Shown piece after piece: positions 1 to 8,951 of a DNA stretch of 64,000 bases. The DNA comes from Eubacteriales bacterium. Its GTDB lineage: Bacteria; Bacillota; Clostridia; Oscillospirales; CAG-272. The DNA lies in contig JAZRFK010000039.1 in assembly GCA_045661325.1 (NCBI GenBank), positions 4,563 through 68,562 of the forward strand, in the 5' to 3' direction. Below the pieces are notes generated by a model that was not told the origin of the DNA, ran no database searches, and was given only the letters and a program-made list of their open reading frames with translations. The first letter of the stretch is position 1. Every line of letters begins with the position of its first letter. A program made the translations under genes and the position numbers.

Positions 1-507
1 ACCGGCGCTGCTGACATCTTCGGTGCTACCGGCGGTGTTATGGAGGCTGCTCTGCGTACCGTTTACGCAAAGGTTACCGGCAAGGAGCTGGATGATGTGA
101 ACCTGACTGCCGTTCGCGGTATGGAAGGCATCAAGGAAGCTACCATCAACCTCGGTGGAACTGAGGTAAAGGTTGCCGTTGCTTCCGGTTCCGGAAACGC
201 AAAGGCACTTTTGGAAGCTATCAAGCGCGGCGAAAAGGATTACACCTTTATCGAAATCATGGGTTGCCCCGGTGGTTGTATCAACGGTGGCGGTCAGCCT
301 ATCGTTCCTGCAAAGGATCGTATGTACGTAGACTTCAAGGCACTTCGTGCCAAGGCGCTCTACAACGAGGATGCAGGCAAGGCTCTGCGTCGCTCCCACG
401 AGAATCCTTCCATCCAGAAGCTGTACGCTGAGTATCTTGGTGAGCCCAACGGCCACAAGGCACACGAGCTTCTGCACACCCACTACACCAAGCGCGCCAA
501 GTTCTAA
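1..507 (+). CDS. [FeFe]-hydrogenase catalytic subunit, C-terminal fragment (N-terminus upstream of window)
   Basis: Frame open from base 1; tail contains H-cluster motif FIEIMGCPGGCINGGGQP; TAA stop 505-507 followed by a hairpin terminator. Confidence 0.85.
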   Translation, partial: TGAADIFGATGGVMEAALRTVYAKVTGKELDDVNLTAVRGMEGIKEATINLGGTEVKVAVASGSGNAKALLEAIKRGEKDYTFIEIMGCPGGCINGGGQPIVPAKDRMYVDFKALRAKALYNEDAGKALRRSHENPSIQKLYAEYLGEPNGHKAHELLHTHYTKRAKF

Positions 508-527
508 GAAACGCGCCTAACGGCGAA

Positions 528-563
528 AGCCGCCCAAGAGAAATCTTGGGCGGCTTTTTATTT
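528..563 (+). terminator. Intrinsic terminator after hydrogenase gene
   Basis: Hairpin AGCCGCCCAAGA / TCTTGGGCGGCT with GAAA loop followed by a T-run. Confidence 0.8.
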
Positions 564-657
564 GTTTCAAAAAATGCATCACTTTTTACATTTATATAAC
601 TGCATAAAAAGTTTTAGGCAAGGTCGGAACGACCTTGCCTTTTTGGTATTAGAGCTA

Positions 658-1719
658 TTACACGGAAATAACGATATCGCATTTTTCTTGGATGGCAAAG
701 GCTTGGCGATATGCCTCCTCCATAGGAATCCACTCCGCAAAGAAGCGCTCGGCCAGCTGGGGCGAATTGCGCTTTTGTATCCGCTTCTTTTGCAATGCGG
801 GAGAGATATGCATTAGCACGGAAAAATCATAATAGGACTGCAAGAGGGGGTGCATAGAATAAGCGCCCTCTATGACGGTCAGACGAGAGGGCTTGACCGT
901 TACGGGCGGCAAAAGCCTTTGCTCTTGACACGAGAAGGGCGAATAGGTGATGCTACTCTCTCCCCGATAGAGCGGCAACAGAATCTCCGAAAGGACACGC
1001 TCTCTATCCACGTTACCACCAGCCTCAGCCAAGCGCTCCTTTGTGCGCTGCTCGGGGCGCAGGAAGTAGTCATCCATATGAAAGACGGTAGCACCGTAAA
1101 GCGTTTCCAAGAGGGCGGCAAGGGTGGTTTTCCCGGCAGCACTACCACCCTCTATTGCCAGCACCACTCTGCCCTTGGCAAGCATCTCGTCAAGCCTTAC
1201 CAAAAGAGGCAGATAAAGAAGATATTGCCGTTTGACAACACGGTAGGCGGGATGATAGGCCATTCTATACTGCTCGGAATGGCGGCAAGGGGGATACCCT
1301 TCCCTTTTCCATATCTCCCATTCGCGCAAGAACGCCTCTTCGGAGAAGGGGAGGTTGCCTTCCTTGGCCAAGGACAAGGCAACGGAGAGACCTTCTTCGA
1401 GAGAAGAAAGCCCGTCCTCCTTTTTGGCCGAGGCGAAGAACAGTCCTGCAACAGTTTGAGAACGCAAGCCCTGCTTCATATATCCGAGATAAAGACGCGC
1501 ATAGCGCTCGCCAAGAGACTCGGTTTTTTCCTCCAAATAGGGATAGGCGGCGCTATATTCCTCTTCAATGCGCGCTTGGGCCGCTTCCAAAGAGGTAAGC
1601 AAATGCTCGCACCCGAAGGCGCCCTGATAGAGAAGCTTAAAAACGTCCCTCGGCGTTAAAAGCGGATAGCGGCTTGCCTGTTCCAAAAGGAGAGAGCGAA
1701 GCAGAATGGGATTTGTCAT
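658..1719 (-). CDS. P-loop kinase of the uridine kinase/phosphoribulokinase type with an extra ~170-aa N-terminal domain of unknown function
   Basis: Walker A LAIEGGSAAGKTTLA then HMDDYF in the C-terminal half; ATG at 1719 lies 20 nt after the stop of the upstream ECF S-component gene. Confidence 0.6.
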   Translation of the reverse strand: MTNPILLRSLLLEQASRYPLLTPRDVFKLLYQGAFGCEHLLTSLEAAQARIEEEYSAAYPYLEEKTESLGERYARLYLGYMKQGLRSQTVAGLFFASAKKEDGLSSLEEGLSVALSLAKEGNLPFSEEAFLREWEIWKREGYPPCRHSEQYRMAYHPAYRVVKRQYLLYLPLLVRLDEMLAKGRVVLAIEGGSAAGKTTLAALLETLYGATVFHMDDYFLRPEQRTKERLAEAGGNVDRERVLSEILLPLYRGESSITYSPFSCQEQRLLPPVTVKPSRLTVIEGAYSMHPLLQSYYDFSVLMHISPALQKKRIQKRNSPQLAERFFAEWIPMEEAYRQAFAIQEKCDIVISV

Positions 1720-1739
1720 ATCGGTTTTTCCGTTTCTTT

Positions 1740-2267
1740 TTAAAATCTTTTTGGATTATCGAGCAGCATAACCAAAACAGGAACCAGCACGATTTGAAGA
1801 ATGATGCCCGGAATGGCGTTGGTAAAAGCCCCTGCCAAGAAGGCCGCAAGGGTGAAGGCGCCACCCGAAATACCGAGAAAAAGGAACATTGCCCCGCCCC
1901 AAACGAATCTTCCCAAGAGCATCGCCGCTATCAAGGAAAGGTACACGTACGGCTTTTTAGGCGGCAAAAGGCGGTGCAAGAGGCCCGAAACGGCGCCGTA
2001 GGCGGCAAGCTCCAAGGCCATACAGACGGCGGTAGGAAAAAGCGCGGGCATTCCCAGCGTTAAGGCGCGGAAAAGGGGCGCTACAAGCCCAACAACGAGC
2101 CCCCAAGGCCAGCCGCACAAAAAGCCGCAAAGCAGGACGGGCAGGTGCATCGGGCAAAGCATCGCACCGATTTCCGCAATCTGCCCCGTAAAAAAGGGCA
2201 AGACGTACGCAAGCGCCAGAAAGAACGCCGACAAAACGAGCTTAAAGAGGTTGTTACGCAGCTTCAT
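1740..2267 (-). CDS. ECF transporter S (substrate-capture) component, substrate unknown
   Basis: ~175 aa, multiple hydrophobic helices, PMHLPVLLCGFLCGWPWG segment typical of ECF S components; start set to ATG 2267 (MKLRNN) with GAAGGGAAG RBS, because the longer track ORF runs into a leader hairpin. Confidence 0.7.
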   Translation of the reverse strand: MKLRNNLFKLVLSAFFLALAYVLPFFTGQIAEIGAMLCPMHLPVLLCGFLCGWPWGLVVGLVAPLFRALTLGMPALFPTAVCMALELAAYGAVSGLLHRLLPPKKPYVYLSLIAAMLLGRFVWGGAMFLFLGISGGAFTLAAFLAGAFTNAIPGIILQIVLVPVLVMLLDNPKRF

Positions 2268-2426
2268 CAAAAACTTCCCTTCACAAAGAAAAGGCATCCC
2301 TATCTCTTCTGAGACGGCAATGCCTTATGGTATCATTCAAATTAAGATATAGCATGAAAAGGAAAGCTTCTGCTTTCTCATCACTTTACAAAGTGACGCC
2401 GACGATAAGACGCCGATTACGGTAAC

Positions 2427-2455
2427 AGTATAGCATAAGGAGGCGCATTTGTCAA
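2427..2455 (-). promoter_or_regulatory. Sigma-70-type promoter of the ECF-S/kinase unit
   Basis: Minus strand TTGACA (2455-2450), 17-nt spacer, TATACT (2432-2427). Confidence 0.7.
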
Positions 2456-2479
2456 GCGCCTATACGCTTTTTAGAGAGG

Positions 2480-2887
2480 TCAGGCCAAAAGGCTTTTGAG
2501 CTTTTCAACGGCATCGGCTATCAGGGCGCCTGTGTTATAATCGGAAACACCCGCAACATAATTGCCGCATTTGTTCATCGGAATGAGAATACGCACAGCA
2601 TCTGCCTGCCCGACAGCCTCGGCCATTCTCGGCGTTATTTCCCCAAGCAAAGAGTCTGCAATGACAATGCCAATGGGGCCAACGATGACATCGGCCTTGC
2701 GCGAGGCTACCACCAAGGGATTTTCTCCCGTGGCCGCATTTTTTGCGCCCGCCTTTAACATAGCGGCCGTTGCTATGGCATTGGTGCCAACGGCGGTTAT
2801 TTGTACGCCTTGCACCTTCAAAAGAATGTCCTTTATCAGCTGAGCGCCCAAAAGGCCGCCCTGCCCGTCTACCACGACTACGTTCAT
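2480..2887 (-). CDS. Small Gly-rich protein resembling the DUF3842 family, function unknown
   Basis: MNVVVVDGQGGLLGAQL N-terminus and size recalled as DUF3842-like; ATG at 2887 with weak GAGG RBS. Confidence 0.5.
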   Translation of the reverse strand: MNVVVVDGQGGLLGAQLIKDILLKVQGVQITAVGTNAIATAAMLKAGAKNAATGENPLVVASRKADVIVGPIGIVIADSLLGEITPRMAEAVGQADAVRILIPMNKCGNYVAGVSDYNTGALIADAVEKLKSLLA

Positions 2888-2969
2888 ATAAAGCCTCACA
2901 AGATGTTATTTAAGAGGGGGGCGCCTTTGGGGCGCCCCTTTGCTTCGTATTAAATTCGTATTAAATGGG

Positions 2970-5069
2970 TTAAGCCTTCGAGTCGGGGTCGGAGTTATCC
3001 GTTTCCTCTGTCTCGGTTTGCTCCGTGTCCTGCGCCTCGTTCGCATCAAGGTAGCTATCGGTGAAATCTGACGCATCGGCGACAGTCTCTTCCTCGCTTG
3101 CCTTTTCCTCAGCAGCGGCGCGGTTTTCCTCCTCGCTCTGCTTGGCACGCTTTTTCAGCATCAGAAGCAGCTCTTCCTCGGTGGGCGTTTCGTCCTCCAT
3201 GACGTAGAGGAACTGCTCACCGTCCATTACCTCGTATTTCACCAGGTATTCGGCAATAAAGTCGAGCTTGACTCTGTTTTCGGTCAAAACCTTCTTTGCC
3301 AGGGCATATGCCTCGTCAATGATGCGCTTGACCTCCATATCAATCTTATGGGCAGTTGCCTCGGAATAGTTCTTGGTGCTATTGAAATCTCTGCCCAAGA
3401 ACACCTCGGCGTCACTATGCTCGCCACCCAGGAGAATGGTTCCGATTTCCTCGCTCATACCGTAGCGCGTTACCATATCGTGCGCCACGCGTGTTGCGCG
3501 TTGAATATCGTTGGAGGCACCTCCCGAAACATCGCCAAACACAATTTCCTCGGCAGCTCTACCTGCCAACAGCATCGCGATTTTCTCCTTGAGCTGCGAT
3601 TTATACACGCTGACGCGGTCGCGCTCAGGCACGGAGAGGGTGTATCCCAGGGCTCTTCCGCTGGGAACGATAGAGATGCGGCGCACAGGATCCTGCGTGG
3701 GCAACAAATGCGACAAAATGGCGTGACCGCCCTCGTGATACGCGGTGTTTCTCTTTTCGGTCTCGGTCATACGGGAGGTCTTTTTCTCGGTTCCCACCAA
3801 GACCTTCAAGGTTGCCTGTTCAATTTCATTCATACCGATAAGGTTCTTTCCCTTACGGGCCGCCAAAAGCGCCGCCTCGTTGAGAAGGTTTGCCAAATCG
3901 GCACCTGTGAAGCCTGCGGTTGTCTGGGCAATTTTAGCCAAATCCACATCGCCCTCCAAGGGCTTGTTACGCACGTGAACGCGCAGGATGGCTTCTCTGC
4001 CCCTCAAATCAGGATAGTTGACGGTAACCTGTCTATCAAAGCGACCCGGACGCAAAAGCGCAGGGTCCAAAATATCGGGGCGGTTGGTTGCGGCCATCAC
4101 AATGACGCCCTCGTGGGTGCCAAAGCCGTCCATTTCCACCAAGAGCTGATTCAAGGTCTGCTCTCTTTCATCGTGACCGGCGCCAACGCCCGTTCCACGC
4201 TGTCTGCCGACGGCATCAATTTCGTCAATAAAGATAATGCTTGCAGGGCTTCTGCGCGCCGTTTCAAACAAATCACGCACGCGGGAAGCACCGACACCGA
4301 CATACATTTCCACGAAATCGGATCCCGAAATGGAATAGAAGGGAACGCCCGCTTCGCCCGCAACTGCCTTGGCAAGCAGGGTTTTACCCGTTCCGGGAGG
4401 GCCCACAAGCAACACGCCTCTGGGAATTTTAGCGCCCAGACGAACGAATTTTTCGGGATTTTTCAAAAACTCAACAACCTCTTGCAGCTCTTCCTTTTCC
4501 TCGTCTGCACCTGCAACGTCAGCAAACTTGACGGCGTTTTTGGTATCGGCGTTGGTTTTTACCTTGGCGTGTGAGAAGGATCCCATTTTGCCGCCCTTGC
4601 CCGTTGCCTGACGCATCATCACAATCCAGAAGACAACCAAAACGACAGCGATGATAATATAGGGCAAATAGAGCTGATACCAAGGGGCATCCACAGGCTC
4701 CTCATAGTTATAAAAGTGCAAGGTTCCGCCGGGGTTGCTTTCGGTAATCAGGCTTGCCTTGGCAAGCTCGTTGATTTCCTGATACTGCATAGAATTGGAA
4801 AGGCGATAGGTAACGGTTTTGGTTATTTCCTTACCGTCACTGTCCAGCTTAACGCTTCCGTTTTCGTCATACTCGCGCACCTTCATTTTCAACACGTTTG
4901 ACGTGTCCACCTCGAAGGAGTAAACCTCTCCGTTCTCAAAATGCTGAATCACGTCGCTATACGAAAGCGGCGGTGCTTCCTCGCCGTAGCCGGAAAAGAG
5001 GCTTGCTACCAAAACAAAGCCCACCACCAGCACGAGCAGAAAAATAATATTCTTCAAACTAAATTTCAT
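2970..5069 (-). CDS. ftsH: ATP-dependent zinc metalloprotease FtsH
   Basis: N-terminal TM helices, AAA+ Walker [28 protein letters not shown], zinc site HEGGHA, acidic C-terminal tail. Confidence 0.97.
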   Translation of the reverse strand: MKFSLKNIIFLLVLVVGFVLVASLFSGYGEEAPPLSYSDVIQHFENGEVYSFEVDTSNVLKMKVREYDENGSVKLDSDGKEITKTVTYRLSNSMQYQEINELAKASLITESNPGGTLHFYNYEEPVDAPWYQLYLPYIIIAVVLVVFWIVMMRQATGKGGKMGSFSHAKVKTNADTKNAVKFADVAGADEEKEELQEVVEFLKNPEKFVRLGAKIPRGVLLVGPPGTGKTLLAKAVAGEAGVPFYSISGSDFVEMYVGVGASRVRDLFETARRSPASIIFIDEIDAVGRQRGTGVGAGHDEREQTLNQLLVEMDGFGTHEGVIVMAATNRPDILDPALLRPGRFDRQVTVNYPDLRGREAILRVHVRNKPLEGDVDLAKIAQTTAGFTGADLANLLNEAALLAARKGKNLIGMNEIEQATLKVLVGTEKKTSRMTETEKRNTAYHEGGHAILSHLLPTQDPVRRISIVPSGRALGYTLSVPERDRVSVYKSQLKEKIAMLLAGRAAEEIVFGDVSGGASNDIQRATRVAHDMVTRYGMSEEIGTILLGGEHSDAEVFLGRDFNSTKNYSEATAHKIDMEVKRIIDEAYALAKKVLTENRVKLDFIAEYLVKYEVMDGEQFLYVMEDETPTEEELLLMLKKRAKQSEEENRAAAEEKASEEETVADASDFTDSYLDANEAQDTEQTETEETDNSDPDSKA

Positions 5070-5107
5070 GGGTAGAAAAAACCTTTCTTATCTATGTTAA
5101 CTTGCGA

Positions 5108-5665
5108 TTAGTTTTCATATGCTTCCGGCTTCAAGACGCCGACGAAGGGCAAGGCACGGTATTTTTCATCAAAATCCAAGCCGTAGCCGATAACAAATTC
5201 GTCCGGCACCTTTTGGCCTACATAGTCTGCCTCAAACTCGACAACGCGGCGCGAGGGCTTATCCAACAGCGTGCAGGTGCGAACGCTTTTAGCTCCCTTT
5301 AACTTCAAGTATTCAACGAGATGGGAGAGCGTTTTGCCGCTATCCACAATGTCCTCAACCAAAATGATTTCGCATTCCGCAATATCGGCGCGCTGCAAAT
5401 CCAAATGAATATTGACGTTGCCCGTGGTCTTGGTTCCGCCACCGTAGGAGGAAACCTTCATAAAGTCGATTTCAATGGGCGTTTTGATTTTCCGCATCAA
5501 ATCACCCAAGAAAACAACAGATCCCTTCAGAATAGCAACAAGCAAAACGCGGAAATCGCTTTCGCCGTAATCTCTGTCAATCTCTGCGGCGATTCGCGTG
5601 GTCATTTTGTCAAGCTCCTCTTCGGAAATCAAAACCTTTAACACGTCATTCATCTCATTTTTCAT
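5108..5665 (-). CDS. hpt: Hypoxanthine phosphoribosyltransferase
   Basis: PRPP-binding loop ILVEDIVDSGKTL, GYGLDF motif; start set to ATG 5665 (MKNEMND) just after the tilS stop; classical tilS-hpt-ftsH order. Confidence 0.9.
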   Translation of the reverse strand: MKNEMNDVLKVLISEEELDKMTTRIAAEIDRDYGESDFRVLLVAILKGSVVFLGDLMRKIKTPIEIDFMKVSSYGGGTKTTGNVNIHLDLQRADIAECEIILVEDIVDSGKTLSHLVEYLKLKGAKSVRTCTLLDKPSRRVVEFEADYVGQKVPDEFVIGYGLDFDEKYRALPFVGVLKPEAYEN

Positions 5666-5681
5666 TTGAACTGTCCTTCTC

Positions 5682-7085
5682 TCATTTTTCAACGTAATAA
5701 ATATGGTATGAATTATACTGCTTTTCTTTATCCTCTTCATTATCCTCGCGCACGCCGAAGCCCGCAACCCAAACGATGCCGCAGTCATCACACAAAACGG
5801 GGACGCGGGAGCGCAGGTGCGGCGGCACGGAAGCATCGGAAAAAAGCTTTTTCAGCTTACGGGTCTTTCCGCCGTACCGATAAGCGTCTCCGTCCTGCTT
5901 CGAGCGCACAAACATCTCTCCCTGTATTTTAGCAGAAAAGAGTGTTCGATATATAAAGGGTTTGTGAAGGTTTATAAAAGGGCTGTCATTCTTTTCGGTG
6001 AATACATACAGTATTCCCCCGTTTGACAGACAATTCTCACCTGTGTGAATTTTTTCCTTGCCAAAATCAAAGACAGGCGCCCCTTCCACCTCAAAAAACA
6101 CGCATTCCTTTTCCGCCACCAAGCGAAAGGATGAGGGAAAGGAAAGGTAGAAGCATTCGCCTTTTTGCATTTTCAAAACGGCAAGCTCTATTTGCTCGGC
6201 CGAGGGCTTCTCTGCCCCCTCGCACTGCACCTCATGCAAAAGAAGAAGCACACGGTAGGCCAAGGAATAGGGCAAGCCAGAAAGCGATGGGCGACAAAGC
6301 CCCTCGCCGCTATACGCCTTGTCAAAGGCCTCCTTCGCCAGCGTGTCAAGATAGGAAGCATCCTCGCCTACCTCCTCGGTCATTCTTAAAATGGCCGCAG
6401 AGACGGCGGGGTTAAGCCTTTCAAGACGCGGCAAAAGCTCGTGTCTGATATAGTTGCGCGCGTATGCCGTGTCCTTGTTCGTGCTATCCTCGACATAGGG
6501 GATAGCCGCCTCGCGCACCGCCTCATACACCTCTTTTTTAGAGACGGAAAGAAGGGGGCGAAGCAAACGGCCGCGCAAAGCGGAAATGCCGCAAAGACCG
6601 CGAAGGCCCGTTCCTCTTACAAGGTGCATTAAAACGGTTTCTACGTTATCGTCAGCATTGTGCGCGGTGGCAATAGAGGCAAGGCCTCTTTCCTCACGCT
6701 TTTTCTCTAAAAGTGCATAACGGTATTTACGCGCCGTTTCCTCGATTCCGCGGCCCTCCTGCTTGGCGAGCGCGGGAACGGAGATACGGGCAACGTGAAA
6801 AGGGATGCCGCGCTCTTCGCAAAGCGAGCGGCAGAACGCCTCGTCACGCTCGGCCTCGTCCTGACGGATACCGTGATTGACGTGCATCGCTTCAAGGGTG
6901 ATGCCCTCTTTTTGACAAAGCTCCGCTAACAGATATAGGAGCAAGGAGGAATCCGCACCGCCCGAAAGAGCCAGAAGCACACCGCCTGACATTGCAGGAA
7001 GAAGGTTCTTTTCCCTGACGGTTTTTTCAAGCTGCGCCCTTGCAAAAGCCAGGGGCGAGTTGTTGTTTTTTTCGCGCATACTCAC
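5682..7085 (-). CDS. tilS: tRNA(Ile)-lysidine synthetase
   Basis: PP-loop LALSGGADSSLLL; synteny with hpt-ftsH; first codon of the track ORF is GTG 7085 (overlaps dnaB stop), alternative ATG at 7079. Confidence 0.9.
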   Translation of the reverse strand: MSMREKNNNSPLAFARAQLEKTVREKNLLPAMSGGVLLALSGGADSSLLLYLLAELCQKEGITLEAMHVNHGIRQDEAERDEAFCRSLCEERGIPFHVARISVPALAKQEGRGIEETARKYRYALLEKKREERGLASIATAHNADDNVETVLMHLVRGTGLRGLCGISALRGRLLRPLLSVSKKEVYEAVREAAIPYVEDSTNKDTAYARNYIRHELLPRLERLNPAVSAAILRMTEEVGEDASYLDTLAKEAFDKAYSGEGLCRPSLSGLPYSLAYRVLLLLHEVQCEGAEKPSAEQIELAVLKMQKGECFYLSFPSSFRLVAEKECVFFEVEGAPVFDFGKEKIHTGENCLSNGGILYVFTEKNDSPFINLHKPFIYRTLFSAKIQGEMFVRSKQDGDAYRYGGKTRKLKKLFSDASVPPHLRSRVPVLCDDCGIVWVAGFGVREDNEEDKEKQYNSYHIYYVEK

Positions 7086-8455
7086 GCCTGACCGTAGGGA
7101 GCGGGCGGCTCGGGCAACGAGCTGTCCTCCAAGGAGCGAAACTTGGTAAACTGCGCGTTCCAGCCCATCAACACGCTACCAACGGCACCGTGTCTGTTTT
7201 TGGCGATAATAATCTCCGCAGTATTGGCGGCGGCCGCCTGCGCCTTGGGATCTACGTCCTTATAATATTCATCGCGATACAAGAACAGAACGATATCCGC
7301 GTCCTGCTCGATAGAGCCCGAGTCACGAAGGTCGGAAAGCATCGGCTTTTTCACCGTTCTGCTTTCAGGTCCACGGGAAAGCTGGGCGCAGCAAAGAATC
7401 GGCACGCCGAAATCCTTTGCCATAATTTTGAGGCTTCGGGAAATATCACCGACCTCTTGCACACGATTTTCAATGGATTTTCCGCTTTGCATCAGCTGCA
7501 AATAGTCAATGACCACCATACCGAGATTTTTCACACGGCGCAGCTTTGCCTTCATATCGGTGGGGGTAATGTCTGCCGTATCGTCAATCCAAATGTCGCA
7601 GCCTGCCAAGGAAACGGTGGCGTCGGCAATGTTTTCCCAATCGGTATCGCTGAACTGACCGCTTCGGATAGCGCGGCTATCCACCATCGCCTCACCCGAA
7701 AGCATACGCATTGCCAGCTGCTCGGCGGGCATTTCCAAGGAGAAGCAGGCAACGGCCTTGCCCGTTTTTTTGGCGACCTCAACGGCGATGTTCATCACAA
7801 AGCTCGTTTTACCCATACCGGGACGGGCGCCGACCAAAACCAAGTCACCCTTACCAAGCTGCACCAGAGTGTTATCCAACTCAGAGAAGCCCGTTTTGAC
7901 ACCCGAAACCTCGCCCGGATGCTCGGATTTATACTGCAAGTCCTTATACACGACCTGCATAACCTCGCTGATATGACGGAAATCCTTGGAATCCTGCTTT
8001 TGCGCCACGTCAAAAATCTTTTGAGCGGAGGCGTCAAGAATCGAATCTATCTCTCCGTTTTCCGCATAGGCGGTGGCGCTGATTTCGTCACAAGCGGCAA
8101 TCAGACGGCGCAAAAGCGCCTTTTCCTTGACGATTTTGGCGTAATCAACGATATTGGCCGCAGAGGGCACGCTTTCGGCCAGACTACGCAAATAGGCAAC
8201 GCCCGATTGCTCGTCATACGAGCCACTCTTTACCAAGGTATTCAAAAGCGTAACGGTATCAACGCGACGGCTTTGCAAAAACATCGTCTGCATAGCCGTA
8301 AAAATCTGTCTATGCTCCTCGATATAAAAATCGTCTGCCACAACCTTGCCCGCGATGCTTTCAAAGGACTCGGGTTTAATCAAAACCGAGCCGAGAACGG
8401 CCTGCTCCGCCTCCAACGAGACGGGCAGCTTTTGGGCTCCAAGCTCAAGTGCCAT
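7082..8455 (-). CDS. dnaB: Replicative DNA helicase (DnaB/DnaC type)
   Basis: Walker A GARPGMGKTSFVMNIA, DnaB N- and C-terminal domain layout, directly downstream of rplI. Confidence 0.95.
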   Translation of the reverse strand: MALELGAQKLPVSLEAEQAVLGSVLIKPESFESIAGKVVADDFYIEEHRQIFTAMQTMFLQSRRVDTVTLLNTLVKSGSYDEQSGVAYLRSLAESVPSAANIVDYAKIVKEKALLRRLIAACDEISATAYAENGEIDSILDASAQKIFDVAQKQDSKDFRHISEVMQVVYKDLQYKSEHPGEVSGVKTGFSELDNTLVQLGKGDLVLVGARPGMGKTSFVMNIAVEVAKKTGKAVACFSLEMPAEQLAMRMLSGEAMVDSRAIRSGQFSDTDWENIADATVSLAGCDIWIDDTADITPTDMKAKLRRVKNLGMVVIDYLQLMQSGKSIENRVQEVGDISRSLKIMAKDFGVPILCCAQLSRGPESRTVKKPMLSDLRDSGSIEQDADIVLFLYRDEYYKDVDPKAQAAAANTAEIIIAKNRHGAVGSVLMGWNAQFTKFRSLEDSSLPEPPAPYGQA

Positions 8456-8481
8456 AAAGGTTTCCCCTTTTCTTTCGTAGA

Positions 8482-8925
8482 TTAGTTATGCACAACCAGC
8501 GCGATTTTGCCAACCACACCCTCGTAAAGCTTCACGTTCAAGGAGTAGCTGCCGTAGGATTTGATATTGTCGGACATTTCGATTTTTCTCTTATCCACCG
8601 TTATGCCGAAATCCTTGGCCAAGGCCTCTGCAACGTCCTTGGAGGTTACAGCGCCGTACAGTCTGCCGTCAGCACCCGAGGCAGAGCGAATTTTAACGGT
8701 GATGGTTTCCAAGCGCTCGGCAACGGCCTTTGCGGCCTTGCGCTCCTCCTCAATCTTGAAGCGCTTGGACTCTTCCTTGCCCTTCAAATCGTTGATAGCC
8801 TGATTATCAGCCCGAATGGCAAGCTTGCGCGGCAAAAGGAAGTTGGCGGCATAGCCTTCTGCAACCTCTACCACATCGTCCTTCTTACCCAGGGCCTTTA
8901 CGTTTTGTAACAAAATAACCTTCAT
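8482..8925 (-). CDS. rplI: 50S ribosomal protein L9
   Basis: MKVILLQNVKALGKKDDVVEVAEGYAANFLLPRKLA; start set to ATG 8925. Confidence 0.95.
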   Translation of the reverse strand: MKVILLQNVKALGKKDDVVEVAEGYAANFLLPRKLAIRADNQAINDLKGKEESKRFKIEEERKAAKAVAERLETITVKIRSASGADGRLYGAVTSKDVAEALAKDFGITVDKRKIEMSDNIKSYGSYSLNVKLYEGVVGKIALVVHN

Positions 8926-8951
8926 TGGTTTTTCCACTCTTTCTTCGTAGT

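Noticed and set aside
2298-2426. Known riboswitch class (TPP, FMN, THF, preQ1, cobalamin, T-box) in the ECF S-component leader
   Set aside because: I could not find the conserved cores (for example CUGAGA...ACCUGAUCUGGAUAAUGCCAGCG for TPP, or GGTGGTACCGCG for T-box). It is kept only as an unclassified structured leader.
3348-4574. 408-aa ORF on the plus strand
   Set aside because: It is antisense to the unambiguous ftsH gene, has a low-complexity G/A/R/V-rich translation and no RBS. This is a typical shadow ORF in GC-biased coding DNA.
7040-8485. 481-aa ORF on the plus strand
   Set aside because: It is antisense to dnaB and has no recognisable motifs. Shadow ORF.
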